The notes below the pieces were generated by a model, which saw nothing but the letters and a program-made list of their open reading frames with translations, searched no databases and was not told where the DNA came from. This document shows, piece after piece, positions 61,101 through 64,000 of a stretch of 64,000 nt of DNA. The DNA is taken from positions 375,217 to 439,216 of the forward strand of contig NMRA01000160.1 in assembly GCA_002633005.1 (NCBI GenBank). The letters are read 5' to 3'. The translations under genes and the position numbers were made by a program. Each line of letters opens with the position of its first letter. Within the stretch, counting starts at the first letter, position 1. The stretch comes from Phoronis australis. Taxonomy: Eukaryota; Animalia; Phoronida.

Positions 61101-63402
61101 AAATATATGCCTATATTTTACAGCTGTGAACTGGGACAGTTGTGACGGTGGTACTGTCTTAGTGTCATTATGATCCTTAAGAGCGATATGACCGCTAGAA
61201 AGGTAGGTGGCAAGAACTAGACTGAAAATAAATAATTACAACAAGAGGCCACTAGGTGGATTACAACACTTCGAATCGAATTTAAAATGATAAGATGTCA
61301 ACTTCTCACTAATAAAAACGTATTTGCCATGTTTCATGTACATTCGTCAAGGATCTCCGAAGATTCCGAACAAAACAAAAGTCCCAGTTTTAAATGTAAA
61401 AAATAAACTTGTCACTACAAGAGGCACAGCAGTAGTCCGATACGCCGGAAAGACGTCATTTGTTTGTCGCATTTATCGGAAAAGAGATGCCAAATTCAAC
61501 AACGATCCTGCAGGGGTTAAACAGATACAGTCATGGCTGCAAAAAAACGAAAGTCCTGCTTAGGATGCCTCAGTAGTCAGGTTTCTCTGAAAAATGAACG
61601 TTAGCCACAGTCATCTCAACAGGAGGTCGTCTGCTAATTTTTACTGTTCCTTCCAGCAGTTTGGCTACCGGAATTCCTCACCTGTAAATTGTATCAAACA
61701 GGGCGCTGTGTTTCAATCTTACCGTCTGTTTGCCAGCGTCTGGCTTAAGAGTGACGTCTCCGGACCAGTATAAGCGCCAAGTATTGGACTGTCCACTCAC
61801 AGGTGACCACAGGCCAACACGCAGCTGCAAGCCAGTTGACCCAGAAGTTTGCTTCCAAAGGGAAACCTAGAAACAAGATAAGTTCTCAGCTTGCATCTTC
61901 GCTTGCAATGCACTATTCCCTTTCACTGACTTTATATGAAACAAATGACTTGCTGTTTATAGAGAAAAAGTGAATAACTTCTCATTTCGCGTAATTGAAA
62001 ATCGTAATGTTTGAGCTGTATTTCCGGGGAAAATCTTCGCTTAAGGTGGCACTCAATATTTTTGAGTCGCGGTGGAATTCGCATCCTCCAATTTCACATT
62101 TCATTAAAACTTGGTGTCTTTTGGTACGGTGGGGCATCTTGAGTTTTGCGCTGCATGCAACGGCTACGAATGTCATTTGCTTGATATTTTTAGTGCGTTC
62201 TAAATTAAAGATTGTCAATTAATCACCCACTGCTTGCAAGCGGAAGCTGAAATTTAGCAAAAAGTTCTTGTACTCTCCGGACTTTCTGTCTCAAAATTTT
62301 CACCTGCCTTCTGTAATCTGCAAAGGTTTGACACAACATAACTTATTGTTTTATTAGCAAATGATGTCGCCGTGTTCAGTAAAGGGCCATCTGGGATTAC
62401 TCAGCGACACTCGAATGTCGTTGTATTTACCCACGATGCCGTATACATCCGTCAAGCATGTTTGCTGCCTCGTTTTCGTGCCACTGCAGTTTCACATGTT
62501 ACTTGCTGTTGTCTCTTTACAAGTTTTTACTCAATTCGTGTTATCAGTGCTGTGCTGTGTGCTGGCATGTTTATACAGGATTTTAGTTAATCCTTCTGAT
62601 TAACTTTCTACCAACGTCATATCTTCGAGATTACATATTGGATTCTAATGTAACTTTTTACTGTGCACTGTTTTCCAAATGTTGTTAAGACAATGTTTTG
62701 CTTCGTCATGATGGTGCTACAAAAATGGGGGCCATTAAAATAGCTCAAAAAGTTACATAAAACGAAATGGAGAATATGATTAAGAAAACTGTAACAGTGT
62801 GTTTGAGACCTCATCTTGAATATTTATATCAAAAGATATTTGTTCATGTTTTTGATAGCGTTGGTTTTCCATTCGTCGTGAATGTATTTTTCACACGGGT
62901 TTTGCTTTTTCTCTTGAGGCTACATATTGCTTAAATCACCGACGAAGTTTTATCCATTTGGCAGTACTACAAATTTTCCGAATCTTGCTAACAATTAATA
63001 AGTCGTCTGACACCAAACATACATTTAGGCAAACCTCTCCCTCTCCAGTGTATTTTTAGCCCTGGTTGTACGGTAAAACATACTACGAACAGAACAGCAA
63101 AAGTGGGAAATAATATTGTAAACAGCTTTCAATGGTTGAAGTGAAAGCTTCCGCATGCTAAACTAGTGCAAAGCTGTAACATTACATCTGCCACGATTGT
63201 AGAGTACGTTTTGCCTATATTGACGCTTTGTAGCTTCGACAATTTTCGTACAGCAAACAGCAACAAATGTTGTGAACAAAATCATGACTTACACTTTGTA
63301 GTTTTCCATTCGGTAAATCTGTGTTGTCGATGAAGTATACAGGGTTGGCATTATAACCTATATTTCCATATTGTCTTGCTTTTATTTCTTCTCCATAGAA
63401 AG
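25159..63402 (-). CDS. giant type I transmembrane collagen-like protein (novel domain, 2x TSP1, novel domain, ~2,290-aa collagen, cbEGF/4-Cys array, TM, tail); 20 exons, 5'-incomplete
   Basis: Exons 63402-63293, 61866-61723, 58835-58616, 55531-55484, 54186-54016, 52498-52322, 47677-47562, 46923-46780, 46134-45918, 42081-35185, 34804-34769, 32972-32844, 32074-31970, 30403-30281, 29851-29702, 29297-29199, 28737-28639, 27909-27787, 26077-25964 and 25544-25159. All GT-AG and phase-compatible, totalling 9,608 nt of open frame. Confidence 0.82.
25964..26077 (-). CDS. exon: truncated cbEGF (4 Cys)
   Basis: [38 protein letters not shown]. Phase 1-1; donor gttcgt is weak. Confidence 0.8.
26361..26429. 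mobile_element. tiny hairpin MITE
   Basis: CATGGGCGGCGCA...TGCGCCGCCCATG. Same family as 5787-5850. Confidence 0.55.
26507..26753. mobile_element. MITE
   Basis: CATGCACGCACCCAG...CTGGGTGTGCGCATG inverted ends. The right arm matches 23540-23610 in reverse complement. Confidence 0.55.
27787..27909 (-). CDS. exon: EGF-like
   Basis: [40 protein letters not shown]. Phase 1-1. Confidence 0.9.
28036..28104. repeat. 30-bp tandem repeat (~2.3 copies)
   Basis: AATCGGAAATTGACCAATCGCACAGCGTGA repeated. Confidence 0.8.
28639..28737 (-). CDS. exon: 4-Cys module
   Basis: [32 protein letters not shown]. 99 bp, phase 1-1. Confidence 0.85.
28982..29058 (+). ncRNA. minimal hammerhead ribozyme core in a dispersed repeat (Penelope-type)
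   Basis: CTGATGA-T-GTCTA-ATGAA-TAGAC-GAAA-C-GTC: intact CUGAUGA/GAAA core, 5-bp stem II, and loopless stem III ending in a GUC cleavage triplet. Stem I partner not evident. Confidence 0.6.
29199..29297 (-). CDS. exon: 4-Cys module
   Basis: [32 protein letters not shown]. 99 bp, phase 1-1. Confidence 0.85.
29702..29851 (-). CDS. exon: calcium-binding EGF
   Basis: [50 protein letters not shown]. Confidence 0.9.
30281..30403 (-). CDS. exon: calcium-binding EGF
   Basis: [41 protein letters not shown]. Confidence 0.9.
30766..30845 (+). repeat. hammerhead-bearing repeat fragment (degenerate copy)
   Basis: CTGATGATGTCTAATGAAAAGAAGAAACGTTGAATT...TTTGTGCGGCGATCGTCCG, homologous to 28982-29058. Confidence 0.6.
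31970..32074 (-). CDS. exon: 4-Cys module
   Basis: [35 protein letters not shown]. Phase 1-1. Confidence 0.85.
32844..32972 (-). CDS. exon: calcium-binding EGF
   Basis: [43 protein letters not shown]. Confidence 0.9.
34769..34804 (-). CDS. 36-bp exon: last collagen triplets
   Basis: ttttcag|[12 protein letters not shown]|gtaagt, with a split Gly codon at the 5' junction. Confidence 0.85.
35185..42081 (-). CDS. 6,897-bp collagen exon (~760 Gly-X-Y triplets)
   Basis: Acceptor gatttatag at 42082, linker [13 protein letters not shown], then GST-GPP-GPP... in the same frame as ORF 35072..41164, ending at donor CAAG|gtaaga. Two interruptions seen (GSGTGTG near 41880-41900; GI-GIT near 38060-38072). 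Confidence 0.93.
42489..45515 (+). repeat. pearl/Helentron-associated-like composite repeat array (~150-bp monomers, ~453-bp higher-order unit)
   Basis: Starts ACAAGAGC..ATGCGCCCAC, then tandem ~147-160-bp cores each with CCACTAG(G/A)(G/T)GGC, a (GGAC/GCCGGAC)n microsatellite at 43587-43665, and terminal hairpin ATGCG.CCACATATAAATATGTGGGCGCATAAAAA (43678, 43854, 45490). Confidence 0.75.
44084..44611. mobile_element. one end of a TTAA-GAG (Sola3-type) element inserted in the array, cut at a contig join
   Basis: The array is interrupted at TTAA|GAGCATGTTCGCG. Unrelated sequence runs to the single N at 44612, after which the array resumes. Confidence 0.45.
45564..45704. mobile_element. MITE
   Basis: CGTTCAGAAATGCTAGGACCTCGCTA ... 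TAGCGTAGGTCCTAGCGATACTGAACG inverted ends. Confidence 0.55.
45918..46134 (-). CDS. exon: novel domain copy 2, part c
   Basis: [26 protein letters not shown]...[12 protein letters not shown]...FQFSVGVDM. Homologous to 58616-58835. Confidence 0.88.
46780..46923 (-). CDS. exon: novel domain copy 2, part b
   Basis: [48 protein letters not shown]. 144 bp, same size as 61723-61866. Confidence 0.88.
47562..47677 (-). CDS. exon: novel domain copy 2, part a
   Basis: [38 protein letters not shown]. Homologous to 63293-63402. Confidence 0.85.
49497..51210 (-). mobile_element. non-autonomous Kolobok DNA transposon with THAP domain and KolX/P2RX7-C-like remnant
   Basis: TTAA|AGGAGAATGCCACCC...GGGTGGCATTCTCCT|TTAA (15-bp perfect TIR, TTAA TSD). 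THAP zinc finger CIVPAC...FFRLP...KWL...RVCDRHF (50751-51050). [11 protein letters not shown] motif near 50510-50550. Confidence 0.85.
52322..52498 (-). CDS. exon: thrombospondin type 1 repeat
   Basis: [56 protein letters not shown]. Confidence 0.93.
54016..54186 (-). CDS. exon: thrombospondin type 1 repeat
   Basis: [57 protein letters not shown]. Not shown in this frame in the ORF track. Confidence 0.93.
55128..55158. repeat. (GATT)n microsatellite
   Basis: tgattgattgattgattgattggttgattga. Confidence 0.8.
55484..55531 (-). CDS. 48-bp exon: poly-Gly linker
   Basis: ttatttcag|[15 protein letters not shown]|gtaaat. Phase 1-1. Confidence 0.75.
55640..58575 (+). repeat. second pearl/Helentron-like composite array (same family as 42489-45515)
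   Basis: ACAAGAGCAACGC..ATGCGCCC at ~56245, ~150-bp cores with CCACYAGRKGGC, GGACGCC motifs, and hairpins at ~57465-57500 and ~58543-58572. Confidence 0.75.
58616..58835 (-). CDS. exon: novel domain copy 1, part c
   Basis: [31 protein letters not shown]...[29 protein letters not shown]. Confidence 0.88.
60480..61600 (+). repeat. older, more degenerate copies of the ~150-bp core repeat
   Basis: GCCGCTAGAGGGCAC (60570), GGCCACTAGGTGG (61247) and ccaaatttca motifs. Confidence 0.5.
61723..61866 (-). CDS. exon: novel domain copy 1, part b
   Basis: [48 protein letters not shown]. Confidence 0.88.
63293..63402 (-). CDS. exon: novel domain copy 1, part a (most 5' exon found)
   Basis: [36 protein letters not shown]. 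Phase 1-0. Confidence 0.85.
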
Positions 63403-63625
63403 CTACAATTGATAAAAATGATTAATTACACAGGCTATTTGTTATCCATTTGGTAGCATTGGGCACAAACGTTTTCAAGAATGTCGGTGTCCGAACAAAT
63501 TTCTCATAATCAAAATGCAACTCTTGCTGAGCAGGGTCTTCTGTCACCTGAGAAATAGGGGTCTGCATCTTTTCAGAGGGGAATTTTTCGAAGAGAGAAG
63601 TGTCCCTCACGATCGCCAATCCTCA

Positions 63626-63870
63626 TCAACAAGAGCAACGTGGAGCGTTAAAATGCGCCCACGATAGCACCGCAAACGATGTGCTTCTATGGATGTTTTA
63701 GTATAATAACAAGAGCAACGCGGAGCGTTGAAATGCGCCCACAATTGCACCGCATACGGTATCCTTCTAGGGTTGTTTATTGGTACCATAAAGTGGCCAG
63801 TAGAGGGCATACTTTGCAAAATGGAAAGGCATGGTCATTGTCTCCTCAATGGGCTAGGGGCAAAATGTGA
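63626..63870 (+). repeat. 5' ends of the pearl/Helentron-like family (tandem duplicated head)
   Basis: AACAAGAGCAACG.GGAGCGTT.AAATGCGCCCAC occurs twice (63627, 63708). Confidence 0.65.
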
Positions 63871-64000
63871 GTAATCTTCATAATACAAGCACATCCTATA
63901 CCTCAGTTGCTTAAAACACCACAGAAACATAGAATTAAAAACAAATTTACCAACATACGAGATTAGCACAGCATTAGAATGCCAGAAACAAATTTCTACT

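Overview
AT-rich (roughly 38-40% GC by eye) animal genomic scaffold, probably an invertebrate and most like a lophotrochozoan (inference), with an 873-N gap at 16493-17365 and a single N at 44612. The main feature is a spliced minus-strand gene with 20 exons reconstructed by hand (63402 to 25159, at least about 3,200 aa, 5' end outside the window). It encodes two copies of an unrecognised ~155-aa domain, two TSP1 repeats, a ~2,290-residue Thr/Lys-rich, Pro-poor Gly-X-Y collagen domain almost entirely in one 6,897-bp exon, calcium-binding EGF repeats with intervening 4-Cys modules, a C-terminal transmembrane helix and a cytoplasmic tail. This is a giant collagen in type I membrane orientation. 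The left part holds two tandem intronless LRR receptor paralogs, the complete one LRR-Ig-TM. Mobile elements include a solo LTR, two TTAA-flanked Sola3-like DNA transposons, a TRIM with tRNA-like LTRs, decayed Gypsy and Penelope-like retroelements, a Kolobok element with THAP, hammerhead-ribozyme-bearing repeat fragments, MITEs, and intronic pearl/Helentron-like arrays with a CTCF-like motif about every 150 bp. All calls are from manual reading; no database searches were run.
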